Origin: a virus
Lineage: Duplodnaviria; Caudoviricetes
Strand: one strand, 5' to 3'
IMG/VR virus record: IMGVR_UViG_3300013212_000088
Location: 128,001-192,000 of that record
DNA: 64,000 nucleotides
Positions 10,501-20,298 of the stretch are shown piece by piece (within the stretch, counting starts at the first letter, position 1; each line of letters opens with the position of its first letter). A program made the translations under genes and the position numbers. The notes below the pieces were generated by a model. It was not told where the DNA came from. It saw only the letters and a program-made list of their open reading frames with translations, and made no database searches.

Positions 10501-12263
10501 CAACATTTGCTATAAAAATCTCACCATTAGCCGATAATAATTCTCAAAGCTTTAAACTAAGACTTTCTAATTCGATTCCTTTTCTCAGTACAGGAAAGTT
10601 AAAAGTCGATTTATATTCTTCGGCTTTAGGTTCAACACAGCCACAATCTATAATCAAATCAGGTTTAAATATTGCCCTTACTGATATAGAAACAGAAATA
10701 TCAGAACACAAGTTTGGCTTAAACGCAAGTTTATCAGCTGGTGACTATTGGTTAGTTTTTAATTCTAATCAGACGTTTAAAGAATATGCAACTAACACAG
10801 CAGGTACGGTTCAAGCATCAGGTACTAATGTTACGGGTACTGGGACTACATTTACAAATTATTTAGTTAATTCACAAATTGGTTTTGGTTCAACATTACC
10901 TTCCAGTATCTCAACTTGGTACACTATATCTAACATTGCAAGTGACACGGCTTTAACTTTAACTTCTTCTGCAGGATCCGTTTCTGCAGGATCAGATTAT
11001 GTGATAAAACATCAATTTAAAATCTGGGGTGTTTCTACAGGATCTACTACTCTTTATGGGCAAGAAAGAGATACTTCATGGAGTCCTTTAACATTCAGAC
11101 CTTACATTAGATTCTATCAACCAAGCGGAGAAATATATGGGGTTTTCAACAGGACAGACTACAGCATAGATAGCGTTTTGCCTCCACCAAATATGCAAAG
11201 AGAAAACCTGCCTATTTACAGATTAGAGGGATACCAATCATTTACTTCAAAAGAAATAAACCCTCCAAGGAAATTGCAACTTTATCCTAGAGCCTTTTAT
11301 GGGGGATTACTCAAAGATACAATTGGAACAGTTTCAGTTGTATCAGGCACAGCCGTAACTGGGGCCAATAACACTGATTTTACTTTGTTTGAAGGAGAGT
11401 CTGTTCAAATAGGATTTGGTTCCAGAAACCCTATTGATATTACTAACTGGTATGATGTTGCATCAATTGGCTCTACGAATACACTTACTATTTCTGGATT
11501 TGCAACTACAACTTCTAATGTCGATTACTTGTTCAGATTTGATCCAGAATGGCATTACGCAAAATACAGTAAAGACATTTATGTTTACTTAAAATATTAT
11601 TCAAAAGGCGTTCTAAAAGAAAACTATATCACTTTAAATAGAAATCCTTCATGGGAAACTTGGTGGTTTATAAAAAACTCATCAAGCATTAATGATATAA
11701 GTAGAACAATTGAATTAGAACAGCAATCTGATGTTTCTGTAATTACAAAGAATCTTAATTTTAATAACTTTAGTGTATCAGGTTCAACTGAATATATTCA
11801 AGCTAAGTCAAAAGCAGTTTTTAAACCTCAATCTAGCGGAACTTATAATTTTAGATTTTATTCAAGCTATGGCATCAAGGTGTTTATAAATGAAGAACCT
11901 TTACCTTTGATTGACAAACTTGATAATACAAACTCAGGTACAGGACACACATTCAATTTGACTTTATCAAGTGATGAGTACACTACTTTTGAAGTTTTGC
12001 ATACTCATAAAACTGATACATTAAACTCTACAGCTCATCCACAGCTCTTGGCAGGTGAATATAAATTGTCTGCATCAGTAACTTGGAATTATATAGATGA
12101 TACTTTCTACAATTTAGCATCACAAGCACCAGTTGATATTGATCCAGATGATGAAGTCATTGAAAAAATTGCATTCTTAACCGTTGGTAAAACACTTGAG
12201 GAGATTTCAACTCCAACTCATGGCGTCCCACCTGGAGATAAAATTGTTTTTAGGAATAAATAA
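7560..12263 (+). CDS. Very large putative tail/baseplate protein with C-terminal PA14-like domain
   Basis: 1567 aa, Thr/Ser/Asn rich; two 'GTV..GT.VTG..T.F..QIGFG..WY' repeats; 'FKPQSSGTYNFRFYSSYGIKVFIN' is PA14-like. Confidence 0.6.
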   Translation: MSKTTRTGIEILANTIGRSKNKIKDSFGNLTKRRGFNLKAESTFTRIKTSNTFHDYDLASKSTDGYSDPEFLTYDVEDPIGFGIQGGEIAVNPKLTYPFPIYSAGTWNPSYDGPPSLEGWNVWLYNGWEDYIPPHMYDSVRTSNTSFYAPYGGEYTGKSSSVRNAVSAARATLSGPHKYNGNYSLPLNLADYVQVPKFENSRWISLRNTYGTNIDRDGDLADPLDGGSLSKNIKVKLHKDVLTGFKLIDPRADEPQDIKLMYHNNLIQNFTSSWQSVTLPTDYTSLTYLDFKIYPYNAFIEDNLNFDQTVNSEDYWILEINLPSSSGFTWTNDYFWHIAIYWNSTDNLTQNSHTSWEFDLLSFDMEDIAIDSTDGSIDVASSDLLIWNKKSFFKQNITNCLSYEKTGYFDQNVYLISKDKTLFEFKDGEYSDPQAPFRYSLSDTIPAAPKGETTSLVGYNIPAKNQIFPVLICSKNLGSQFDTPTANYFIFEGDACDRECISDFTDFDNYPTVNNDYDVLFRCILTRPVDEVFDVKQTSTLVNADFRILTADGIRFNYTDILNTSSVVYIEKIAINFSKYVSQDSDVAELLVPSFYRFLDNLRNNDYSFTYDNLTRAIIPDSIRLVFANINELLSISTLDQFNYQNIIHFLLKKPTDALVKNPNFEPRGIQFSYDSIENLTDLFVQVPSTNLAILTCDNLKNYNLKLPLASSFEVYQELSLLCEAIDPNISGNKIGLDYTFKLSLEDENQNILKKDLYLNASKFFLSDEDYNKRVLKGQSVIGYYKTGTDEEKAAKADGTLETIPDYYLYGYAGCIPDLSMEKAKPIQTRVVGSDKQEGQTREQFIASLPEGQDVDEALANYEGEFIEINLNKYPEKWVSIKEIGMTTSKFTFDTNPYWNVNFYGLIGGNGKSQNLQQADDYYPYSRDNVVADSFTISDKGLDTADNSIQVIENIYSQETEYDNTYYSQVSSTTGLAVTNTTFAIKISPLADNNSQSFKLRLSNSIPFLSTGKLKVDLYSSALGSTQPQSIIKSGLNIALTDIETEISEHKFGLNASLSAGDYWLVFNSNQTFKEYATNTAGTVQASGTNVTGTGTTFTNYLVNSQIGFGSTLPSSISTWYTISNIASDTALTLTSSAGSVSAGSDYVIKHQFKIWGVSTGSTTLYGQERDTSWSPLTFRPYIRFYQPSGEIYGVFNRTDYSIDSVLPPPNMQRENLPIYRLEGYQSFTSKEINPPRKLQLYPRAFYGGLLKDTIGTVSVVSGTAVTGANNTDFTLFEGESVQIGFGSRNPIDITNWYDVASIGSTNTLTISGFATTTSNVDYLFRFDPEWHYAKYSKDIYVYLKYYSKGVLKENYITLNRNPSWETWWFIKNSSSINDISRTIELEQQSDVSVITKNLNFNNFSVSGSTEYIQAKSKAVFKPQSSGTYNFRFYSSYGIKVFINEEPLPLIDKLDNTNSGTGHTFNLTLSSDEYTTFEVLHTHKTDTLNSTAHPQLLAGEYKLSASVTWNYIDDTFYNLASQAPVDIDPDDEVIEKIAFLTVGKTLEEISTPTHGVPPGDKIVFRNK

Positions 12264-13192
12264 TGGCAGCACCTAACCCTAATTCTGTTTTTGCAATGAA
12301 CAACTTGGTTTTAAAAATTAATTTATTAGACCAAGTGAATGATCTTGCTAAATCTATAAAAGAATATTCAATAGGCAAAGCAGATGTAACAAGAGATATT
12401 GATCTTTATTATGGTGCAGCTTTTGTTGAAACTACTGATCCAGACAAATTACAAAAACATATTGTAATAGGTAAGGGCTTAGAGAAATCTTCAATAAATA
12501 ACATTGCTGAAATTATTGCTTCTGGAGATCTAAGTGAAAATGAAATTGGAATATCAATTTTGTATGCAGACCCTAGCACTGATGTTATTAGAAGACAACA
12601 AATAAGTGGAGAATACGAAATAGTTTCAAATTGCTATGCTTTTGGATCAATCTTTATTGAAACAGGAACAGTAGGAGGCGATTTTACAAGTTCAATTTCA
12701 GCAGCCACACTTTTAGGAGCAAATAATAAGACTATATTTGTCTCCAAGGATATTAGTTTAGAAGAAGCTATTGATCTAGTTAAGAATAATATAATTGAAG
12801 ATATAACTCCAATATCAGATGCTTCATCAAATTATGGTGATTATTCTTATTTAAAAATATATGATTTTGTATTAAATATCAATTATTACGATGGTACTTT
12901 TCAAAATAGCAGAGTTGATATTTTTCCTGTAGATAGAAGAAAGGTGAGAAGTTTTTTCCCTTTTGCCACTGAAGAGCTTGCAGTTTTTTTGACTCCTAGA
13001 TTGATAAGAAGTGAGAGAAATATAGCAAGCAGGCAATCTACTATAAGGACTGAAATTAAAAACATAATAAAAGAATGGGTTTATATTCCGAATTGGAGTC
13101 CTAATTTCATTAATTACTGGAAGACATCTGCAATTGCGATGCCAGAACCATTAAAATTATTCTTGAGAAATGAATTAGGTATAATTATTTAA
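12263..13192 (+). CDS. Putative virion structural protein
   Basis: 309 aa; TAATG-coupled within the tail operon. Confidence 0.5.
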   Translation: MAAPNPNSVFAMNNLVLKINLLDQVNDLAKSIKEYSIGKADVTRDIDLYYGAAFVETTDPDKLQKHIVIGKGLEKSSINNIAEIIASGDLSENEIGISILYADPSTDVIRRQQISGEYEIVSNCYAFGSIFIETGTVGGDFTSSISAATLLGANNKTIFVSKDISLEEAIDLVKNNIIEDITPISDASSNYGDYSYLKIYDFVLNINYYDGTFQNSRVDIFPVDRRKVRSFFPFATEELAVFLTPRLIRSERNIASRQSTIRTEIKNIIKEWVYIPNWSPNFINYWKTSAIAMPEPLKLFLRNELGIII

Positions 13193-13193
13193 T

Positions 13194-15761
13194 ATGGCTA
13201 TATCATCAAAAATAGAAGAAGTTGTATATGAAGTTTCTAAAATAGCAGGCGAAGTTTATGAAACTTTGTCAAACAGCATAGGCTCTGTAGACACTCCATC
13301 ATCTGCAATTTTTGAAATCAACAACTTACTAAACTTAGCCAATTCTGAAGCTCCTTATTTCTCTGTCTTAGAAACTACACCGGTAAGTTTTGAAATTACC
13401 TATGACACAACAAACCCATACTATGTATATGTATCAAGTGGACAAGTTGTTTACAATGGTAATGTAATTAATATTGTTCCTCAAGAAATATCAATCAGAA
13501 GAAGTTTTAGTCAATTATATTCTGATCTTTATGTTTATGGTATGGTAGTGGGCCTTCCTATTGATGAGGTACAAAAGGCAACTCAGGCATGGTTCACAGA
13601 AACTACATCTACTGCTTCGATTGGATCAACTTTAATTTATATTGCTGATTCGACTGTTCCAGAATCTTTAGGATTTCCATTAGAAGCACAAGTAGGTAGA
13701 TTTTATTTAAGATTTATTGGTTTTAATGATGATAAAACCGCTTTGTTAATAGATCCAGGTCAAAATCTTGGAACTATTGCATCTCCTGTTTATGGTCAAT
13801 TACAAAGCTCAATTACATCTGGTTCTGCAATTAGATTTAATTATCAGCCTAGACTGCAATCAATCTCAGGCTTCCCAATTTTAACAGGTGACGGAACTGC
13901 AATGCCTGAAGATTTTGGTTATTATCCACCACTACCTACTTCATGGCTGCCTATTGGAAAGCTACTTGTAAATAATCCTGGTGATCAAAGTGTTGTATTA
14001 AACTCAGGAGAACCAGCTATAGTTTCGACCTTAGTTGCTTTACCTTTTAATAATTCTTCAAATCCTATATTTGGTGATAGTGAAGATAATGACAGAGTAA
14101 TTTCAGCTTGCGAAAACGCCTTAACAGATCTTTCTCAATTAAAGTCAAGTACAATCATTTCAGATGTTGCTCAGGGTTTAAAGTCTCTTTCATTAAAATT
14201 AAATACTACTGGACAAACTAGTTTAAGAAAAATATGGTCTGAACAGCCCTTTAGACCTAAGAGCAATTTCTCTAAAGGCTTGTCGTTTACAGGCTTAGAA
14301 AGATTTGAATTTCCTTATTCATTTTGTCAGGCATATTATGAGCTTACAAATGAAGACTTACAGCATACTTTCGCAATATTTAGAGGTGATTTAGTAGCAA
14401 ACAATTCTAGGTTAATTGGCTCTACAGGAATAGGAAATAATTTTACTGCAACCTCACTTAATGCTCCAGGAAGTTTATCTAGTCTTGAAAGGGGTACACA
14501 TATCTATGGTGGTAGTGTTGTCAAAAGTATTACAGGAACAACTGCTGGGGAAACAGTTCCAAAGTATATAGATATCACTACAAATACAGTTTCAAACAAT
14601 AATTATCTAATTGAGCTTAACTGGACCAATGTTGCCGATGCTCTTTTCTATCATGTATATAAAAGAGGTAACTTTGCTGCTGATTTAATGGAATATAGAT
14701 TAACTGTGGCTGATGAAATACAAAAGCAACCTAAGTTTGATAATACATCTGTTACTGACGATTCTAATGTTTCAATGTCTTTATCTTATGTTGCTATAAA
14801 AATTGAACCAGATAATGATGGTTTCTGTGGTGGTATTTCTGTAAAACATTTATTTGGTCCAGAAACATATACAATTAAAAACACAAATGCATATATTTCT
14901 GCAACTCTTTATGATTCAGTAGCAGAAACAGTAACATCTGCAGAAACTGATGCAACTCTTGATGATGATGATACTTTATATGTGCCTGATATATCTGCAC
15001 CTCTTACAAATGAAGTTAAGCTTTACTTGGGTGATATTACAGACCAAAGTGATGAGTACACATTCAAGTTTAAAAAAGGCGTCAATTTAACTAGTGGAAA
15101 TATTTATTGGTTAGTTCTTTATAAATCTGCAAATGCCACAGTTATTGATCCAGAAACTCTAGCTGAAAGCACCGGAACAGTTTACCTTAGGGGAGAAGAC
15201 AGAACTGGAGTTGGAACTTATGGTGAAATTAAACTTTGGAAATCAGCAACCTTAGCTACAGGATTTAATAACTGGACAACTTATGACAGTGGTGGTGATG
15301 AAAATATATACAACCCATATTACAAGTTGAGAGGATATCTTGACAATGGGCTTGCTGTTAAGTACCCAGTTAGAAGAGGATTAAAGTTCACTAGTAGAAT
15401 CTCTTTGATCCCAAGAAGATTATCAATTTATGTACCTCCTGTTGACAATATATCTGCAGCAGTTTCTGAATATTTTTCTGCTGCTTATGACGGGTTAGAA
15501 ACTGAAGATACAACAACAAAAAATGAAATGGTTGTTACTGTTACTGCAAGAAATGGGGCAACAGGAACCCCAACAACTTTCACACAAACAATTCCTCAAT
15601 ACACATTAAGAGATACAAGATTTACTTTAGGTAACACTGCTGATTTATTTGATCGAATTGATGATGTAACAGTAACCCCAGGAACTAACTTACAAAGAAC
15701 TAATAATGGACCTATAAAATGGTCTCTTTATGACTTCTTCACTGTAGAAACACTACCGTAA
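13194..15761 (+). CDS. Putative virion structural (baseplate/tail) protein
   Basis: 855 aa, beta-rich composition; lies in the co-directional tail operon. Confidence 0.5.
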   Translation: MAISSKIEEVVYEVSKIAGEVYETLSNSIGSVDTPSSAIFEINNLLNLANSEAPYFSVLETTPVSFEITYDTTNPYYVYVSSGQVVYNGNVINIVPQEISIRRSFSQLYSDLYVYGMVVGLPIDEVQKATQAWFTETTSTASIGSTLIYIADSTVPESLGFPLEAQVGRFYLRFIGFNDDKTALLIDPGQNLGTIASPVYGQLQSSITSGSAIRFNYQPRLQSISGFPILTGDGTAMPEDFGYYPPLPTSWLPIGKLLVNNPGDQSVVLNSGEPAIVSTLVALPFNNSSNPIFGDSEDNDRVISACENALTDLSQLKSSTIISDVAQGLKSLSLKLNTTGQTSLRKIWSEQPFRPKSNFSKGLSFTGLERFEFPYSFCQAYYELTNEDLQHTFAIFRGDLVANNSRLIGSTGIGNNFTATSLNAPGSLSSLERGTHIYGGSVVKSITGTTAGETVPKYIDITTNTVSNNNYLIELNWTNVADALFYHVYKRGNFAADLMEYRLTVADEIQKQPKFDNTSVTDDSNVSMSLSYVAIKIEPDNDGFCGGISVKHLFGPETYTIKNTNAYISATLYDSVAETVTSAETDATLDDDDTLYVPDISAPLTNEVKLYLGDITDQSDEYTFKFKKGVNLTSGNIYWLVLYKSANATVIDPETLAESTGTVYLRGEDRTGVGTYGEIKLWKSATLATGFNNWTTYDSGGDENIYNPYYKLRGYLDNGLAVKYPVRRGLKFTSRISLIPRRLSIYVPPVDNISAAVSEYFSAAYDGLETEDTTTKNEMVVTVTARNGATGTPTTFTQTIPQYTLRDTRFTLGNTADLFDRIDDVTVTPGTNLQRTNNGPIKWSLYDFFTVETLP

Positions 15762-17110
15762 TGAACGATTTAAGAAGTCAGTATTCTAGTTTAGGGTTTA
15801 ATCCTGGATATTACGATCTATTGGTTTTGGATCGTAATATCTCTATAGAGCCCGACTTTAACTTTAATTTTAATAATCTTGATTACAACAAAATACTTAA
15901 TGTAGAAAACTTAGAATTTTCTTTTTCTCAAGATGCTACTAATTTTACAAGACTAGCTGGTGAAGGTGCTGATCCAAATAATTTTGGTTTAGGTAAAGCT
16001 GATTTTTCTGCATCATTCAATATGCTGCTTAAAGTTCCATCTACTGGATATGTAGATTTTGGTTTCGCTAATTTATGGGATTGTGCAACTCTGGCATATA
16101 AAGGCACTGGTAATTCAGCTTCAGGTAGATTAATCAACAATAACAATCCCGTTGGTATAGGTACAACTTTCATAGTTGTAGACAATATTGCTGACTTTGC
16201 TGCTTTACCAACACCATTTAGTCTATATTTTAAGAAGTTTAGCGGTACAGCATCAACTGAAACTAAAACTGTAACCTCTATTGATAAAGCAAATAGAAGA
16301 TTGTTTTTTTCATCAGGAACAGCATATACTCATGTATTAAGTAATACTTTTGTATGGGCAAAGCCAACTAACCCAGGAACAAACAGAGAGCCTACTTTTT
16401 CTTTAGTTTCTTTATTTCAGGGTTTGATGAGTGGTTGTCTTGTAAATAAATTAACATTAGATGTAAAGCCTGGTGAAGATATTGATGTAAATATTGAAGT
16501 TAAGTTTACAAATGTTGACAGAAAATATCAAATAGATGCTTTTGCTAATTATGAATCATTAGATTCTAATATATCGAAATATAAAGTTCAAAGAGCTGCA
16601 AATGGGTCCGAAGTAAGAATTAATAATACTTCATATACTGCAGGCGGATTTGGTTTAACTAATGCTTTTGGTCATCCATTTTTTCAAGGATTTGTAGGAT
16701 TAGGAATGACCAGTTTCTTAGTCAAAGAAATGACTATTACTATCGATAATCAATTAGAGCCAGTTTATGGTCTACATTCTATTTCAAGCGATGTTCACAT
16801 AAGAAGACGTGAAAATCTTAAGCCTTATGCATTAGTTTCAAGTGGAAGAAAGATAGAAGGGGTAATCAAATATTTATCTCCTATAGCTCCTTGGACATTA
16901 GCAGAAAAATTAGCTGGACCTTCAAGTATAAATAATGGTGGGATAGAAATTGATTTTGGAACCTTTAAAATATCTTTTTCAGAAGTAGTATGGTCAGGTT
17001 CAAAAGCTTCTTCACCAATGTCTGATAATCAGACTAAAGAAATTAAGTTTAGTGTTGCAACTGAAAAACTTGAAATAAATCCTGTTTTAAATTTTTCTAG
17101 TAGTTTTTAA
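15761..17110 (+). CDS. Tail tube-like protein
   Basis: 'VNKLTLDVKPGEDIDVNIEVKF', 'MTITIDNQLEPVY' and 'GRKIEGVIKY' resemble the tail-tube fold pattern. Confidence 0.6.
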   Translation: MNDLRSQYSSLGFNPGYYDLLVLDRNISIEPDFNFNFNNLDYNKILNVENLEFSFSQDATNFTRLAGEGADPNNFGLGKADFSASFNMLLKVPSTGYVDFGFANLWDCATLAYKGTGNSASGRLINNNNPVGIGTTFIVVDNIADFAALPTPFSLYFKKFSGTASTETKTVTSIDKANRRLFFSSGTAYTHVLSNTFVWAKPTNPGTNREPTFSLVSLFQGLMSGCLVNKLTLDVKPGEDIDVNIEVKFTNVDRKYQIDAFANYESLDSNISKYKVQRAANGSEVRINNTSYTAGGFGLTNAFGHPFFQGFVGLGMTSFLVKEMTITIDNQLEPVYGLHSISSDVHIRRRENLKPYALVSSGRKIEGVIKYLSPIAPWTLAEKLAGPSSINNGGIEIDFGTFKISFSEVVWSGSKASSPMSDNQTKEIKFSVATEKLEINPVLNFSSSF

Positions 17111-17119
17111 GGAATTAGG

Positions 17120-17521
17120 ATGAGTATATTTGTTAATCCAGAAGAAACATTTCCAATTGTAGTGAAATTAAAAGTTAAGAATGAAGTAGATGGTGTTATT
17201 ACTTCTATCAAAATATGCAAACCAGACGAAGAAGGCGAAGATATTATTTCATTGATATGTGATGCTAAAGGAAGAGATTTTGAAACCATGTCTCAAATTT
17301 TAGAAGAAGCAACTATCATTAATGCAGTAACTGGCAACCCAATGGTCAGAACATACATCTTGTGCAAATTAATTATTTTAAGTTTCTTCAGATCTTGGAA
17401 TCTTAAAGACTCTGAAACTGGAAATCTAATTCCAATTACAAATGAAAATATTGGTAAAACAAGGCATGAAATTATTAGGGCATTAGCTCAGGAATGGCTC
17501 AAGCTCACAAGTGGTAAATAA
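17120..17521 (+). CDS. Putative tail assembly chaperone
   Basis: 133 aa gene right after the tube-like gene; 'FFRSWNLKD..IPITNENI..IIRAL' is chaperone-like. Confidence 0.5.
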   Translation: MSIFVNPEETFPIVVKLKVKNEVDGVITSIKICKPDEEGEDIISLICDAKGRDFETMSQILEEATIINAVTGNPMVRTYILCKLIILSFFRSWNLKDSETGNLIPITNENIGKTRHEIIRALAQEWLKLTSGK

Positions 17522-18843
17522 TGTTAGAATACAGAAACAATGTTTATAATGGGGTACCTGCAAAAGGTCATAGCTTATATGTTATGGCCTTCAATGACTT
17601 TAACCCTAGAATAAATAATCTGTTTAGAATCTCACTTGGAACTGGATACACGTTAAACACTAGTAAAAAAACTATTCCTGGATTTGTTTTAGATTTATAT
17701 GATCTACCAAACAGAATGCCAGGAGTGGAATTAAGACAAATTGATCTTGATGGTGTTAGCACTCAGAGAGCAGCATTTCCATTTGATATTGAAAAATATC
17801 ATAGATTATGGGCAACTAATTTTTCAGATGATTCAGGATCTAAAGTCTTTCAAAAATTAGATACATTCTGGCCTTTTGCTCTGGATAATAAACTTAAGTT
17901 TTCTGAACAGACATATACAATTCCAAGCATTAAGTTCTCCCCTTTGATTTCAGAAGATGGTGAGAATCAACAATCTTCTGCTGAAAATGTGATATACAAA
18001 GCAGCTGTTATCCCAATGTTTCCTTTAATGTTTGTAACTAGCGTTTCTAATCACTTTACATATGGGCCTGTGTTTATGGAATCATTTTCTATAGACTTAA
18101 ATGGATTTAATAGTCTTAAAGAAGTTGAAATATCTTGTAGGTTTGCTGGTGGTAAATCATTTATCAGTCCACCAGATATACCAATTTTAGAGCCTAACAG
18201 AGCTGTTCCAAAGGTTATTAAAAATGGTGATTTAGAGCCTGAAGAAATACTTGATTATAGAAATTATAGAGTAGCTTCACTACAAGATTGTTTAGTAAGC
18301 ACAACTATATTTGACGCTCCTAGTAGCTTTAAAGCTTTAAAAACTTTACTGTTCAACAAAGCAAAAGTAACAGCGCCGACAGTAAAAACTAAAGATCAAA
18401 AAAATATTGTAATATCAACCAAAACAGTAGCAAGTAAAGTTATTGCTATGAGCTTGACCATAAATCAAGGAGTTGAATTAAGATTTACTACTCCTGTTGC
18501 TGAAGGCATTTATTTGGGTGATTTAGTTGGGCCAAAATATGCAGCTTTGAAAACAAGAACTGTTACTGGTAACATTTCAATTTATAGAGCTAAAACATCT
18601 AACTTCCTTGATGTTTACCCAGAATCTCCACTGACAATGTATTTTGGAAATAATTTCTTATTTCATTTTAGAAACGTAGACTGGGGTAATCCTAGTTTTT
18701 CTTTAAGTCCAGAAGGTGGAGAAATACATACTTGGTCATTTTCCGCCAGAATCCCTCAAGGTGCTGGGTTTTGGGGTAATACTTTAGGTGGGCCAGTTTC
18801 AGAAATTGATTTAGACCACGCAGAGATATTAAGATTACAATGA
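17521..18843 (+). CDS. Second tail tube-like protein
   Basis: 'FMESFSIDL..VEISCRFAG', 'MSLTINQGVELRF' and 'RTVTGNISIY' parallel the 15761 protein. Confidence 0.45.
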   Translation: MLEYRNNVYNGVPAKGHSLYVMAFNDFNPRINNLFRISLGTGYTLNTSKKTIPGFVLDLYDLPNRMPGVELRQIDLDGVSTQRAAFPFDIEKYHRLWATNFSDDSGSKVFQKLDTFWPFALDNKLKFSEQTYTIPSIKFSPLISEDGENQQSSAENVIYKAAVIPMFPLMFVTSVSNHFTYGPVFMESFSIDLNGFNSLKEVEISCRFAGGKSFISPPDIPILEPNRAVPKVIKNGDLEPEEILDYRNYRVASLQDCLVSTTIFDAPSSFKALKTLLFNKAKVTAPTVKTKDQKNIVISTKTVASKVIAMSLTINQGVELRFTTPVAEGIYLGDLVGPKYAALKTRTVTGNISIYRAKTSNFLDVYPESPLTMYFGNNFLFHFRNVDWGNPSFSLSPEGGEIHTWSFSARIPQGAGFWGNTLGGPVSEIDLDHAEILRLQ

Positions 18844-19562
18844 CACACGAAGAAGCTTTAAAAGTTATGATGGGCATGGGAGATATGATGCAAAGTGACA
18901 ATGCACCAGTTGAAACCAAAGACGAAATGCCCCAGATAGAAAAAGACCAATATATCTTCAAAGTAAAAATTGGAGATAATTTAGCCATCTTTTGTGTAAG
19001 GGATTTAAAATGGCACGAGTCTTTATCGATAGAAGCTAAATCATTCAGAGTGGAAGAATCTGATTTGTATTTTTCAGGAGAATATCAAAGAAGAGAAATA
19101 CTGAAAAAAGCAATTGTGTGGGTTTATGATCTTATTAATGAAAAGATTAAAGTTAATAATGATGACACAATTTTAAATCAACTAAATCAAGACTATGTTG
19201 ATGAGTTATGGTCTCAATATTTCAAGTACACCAACATTGATGCAAAGGAAGCTAACCTCATATATACTTCTGCATTGAAATACTTTAAGGGTGAAAGCCA
19301 AAACTCATACCCTGTTTTGCCATTGATTATTGAAGTAGACTTTATGCTTAAGGGTGTAATTTCTATGTCAAGAGAAGAGTTTAGAACATTGTCTTCTAAT
19401 GACCTTGAGAGATTGCAATTAATTATGACTGCAAGAGCTGACGCATTAGGTTTGGCGTATCAACAAATAGTCCCACCAAAAGCACCTGAGCAAGATGGAT
19501 TTGACAGTGAATTGATGAACTCTTTACCACCACATCTAAAAGCAGCTATGAAATATGCTTAG
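18840..19562 (+). CDS. Putative tail assembly chaperone / hypothetical protein
   Basis: ATGA-coupled; helical, 'VRDLKWHESLSIE' and 'VDELWSQY'; last gene of the tail operon. Confidence 0.4.
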   Translation: MTHEEALKVMMGMGDMMQSDNAPVETKDEMPQIEKDQYIFKVKIGDNLAIFCVRDLKWHESLSIEAKSFRVEESDLYFSGEYQRREILKKAIVWVYDLINEKIKVNNDDTILNQLNQDYVDELWSQYFKYTNIDAKEANLIYTSALKYFKGESQNSYPVLPLIIEVDFMLKGVISMSREEFRTLSSNDLERLQLIMTARADALGLAYQQIVPPKAPEQDGFDSELMNSLPPHLKAAMKYA

Positions 19563-19897
19563 TGTTTAAAATATTTTTCTAAATGTTGATTGTCATTTTT
19601 TAATTTAGAAGATTTAATAATTGCAGAGTAAGGCTTTGTCATATCTTCAATTTCTTTTTTAACACCTTCAGTTATGTCTGACAATTCATCAACATAAATA
19701 ACTACTGCATTTTTAGCCTTGCTTGGAGTAATATTGTGTATTCCATAGCTGCCCATAAACTTTTCAGAAATATCATCGGAAACAATATCTAACTCATCCA
19801 AATCTTCTTCTTCATATTTACTTTTCTTAGATAAAGATTCTCTATGCTTTCTATTGTTGTATCCATCAAAATCATCGTTAAATCTGTTCATTACCAA
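19559..19897 (-). CDS. Hypothetical acidic protein
   Basis: 112 aa ORF convergent with the tail operon. Confidence 0.55.
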   Translation of the reverse strand: MVMNRFNDDFDGYNNRKHRESLSKKSKYEEEDLDELDIVSDDISEKFMGSYGIHNITPSKAKNAVVIYVDELSDITEGVKKEIEDMTKPYSAIIKSSKLKNDNQHLEKYFKH

Positions 19898-19905
19898 TCA
19901 TCCAA

Positions 19906-20298
19906 TTAAATACCGCAGTTAGTATTCAACCAATTAAATATTTGTAAATTTTCGCTACTTCTATCTACTACATTAAACTGACTAAAGGTTGTTACACCAG
20001 TTAGACCAATGCCGACAGAAGTTCCGATACCACTCAAAATTATTCTTCTGGCTTCATCTGCAAAAACTGTCATTGTAGCTGAAGTTAGAGATAAAAAATT
20101 AGATTGAATTAAATCTTCTCTAGCGGTTAAAAGTGTAGTGTCACCAATACCAGAATAAATATCACTTAAATTATATACTTCTAGATATCTTTTAGATAAC
20201 GGAGCTTCATCATTATCAAGCAAATATTTTATTTGAACATTGTTATTATGAAAATCAAGGTCTTCTATTGTGTAGTTAACTGTAATACCTATTGCCAT
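19906..20298 (-). CDS. Hypothetical protein
   Basis: 130 aa ORF, TAATG-coupled to the upstream gene, GGAG SD. Confidence 0.55.
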   Translation of the reverse strand: MAIGITVNYTIEDLDFHNNNVQIKYLLDNDEAPLSKRYLEVYNLSDIYSGIGDTTLLTAREDLIQSNFLSLTSATMTVFADEARRIILSGIGTSVGIGLTGVTTFSQFNVVDRSSENLQIFNWLNTNCGI

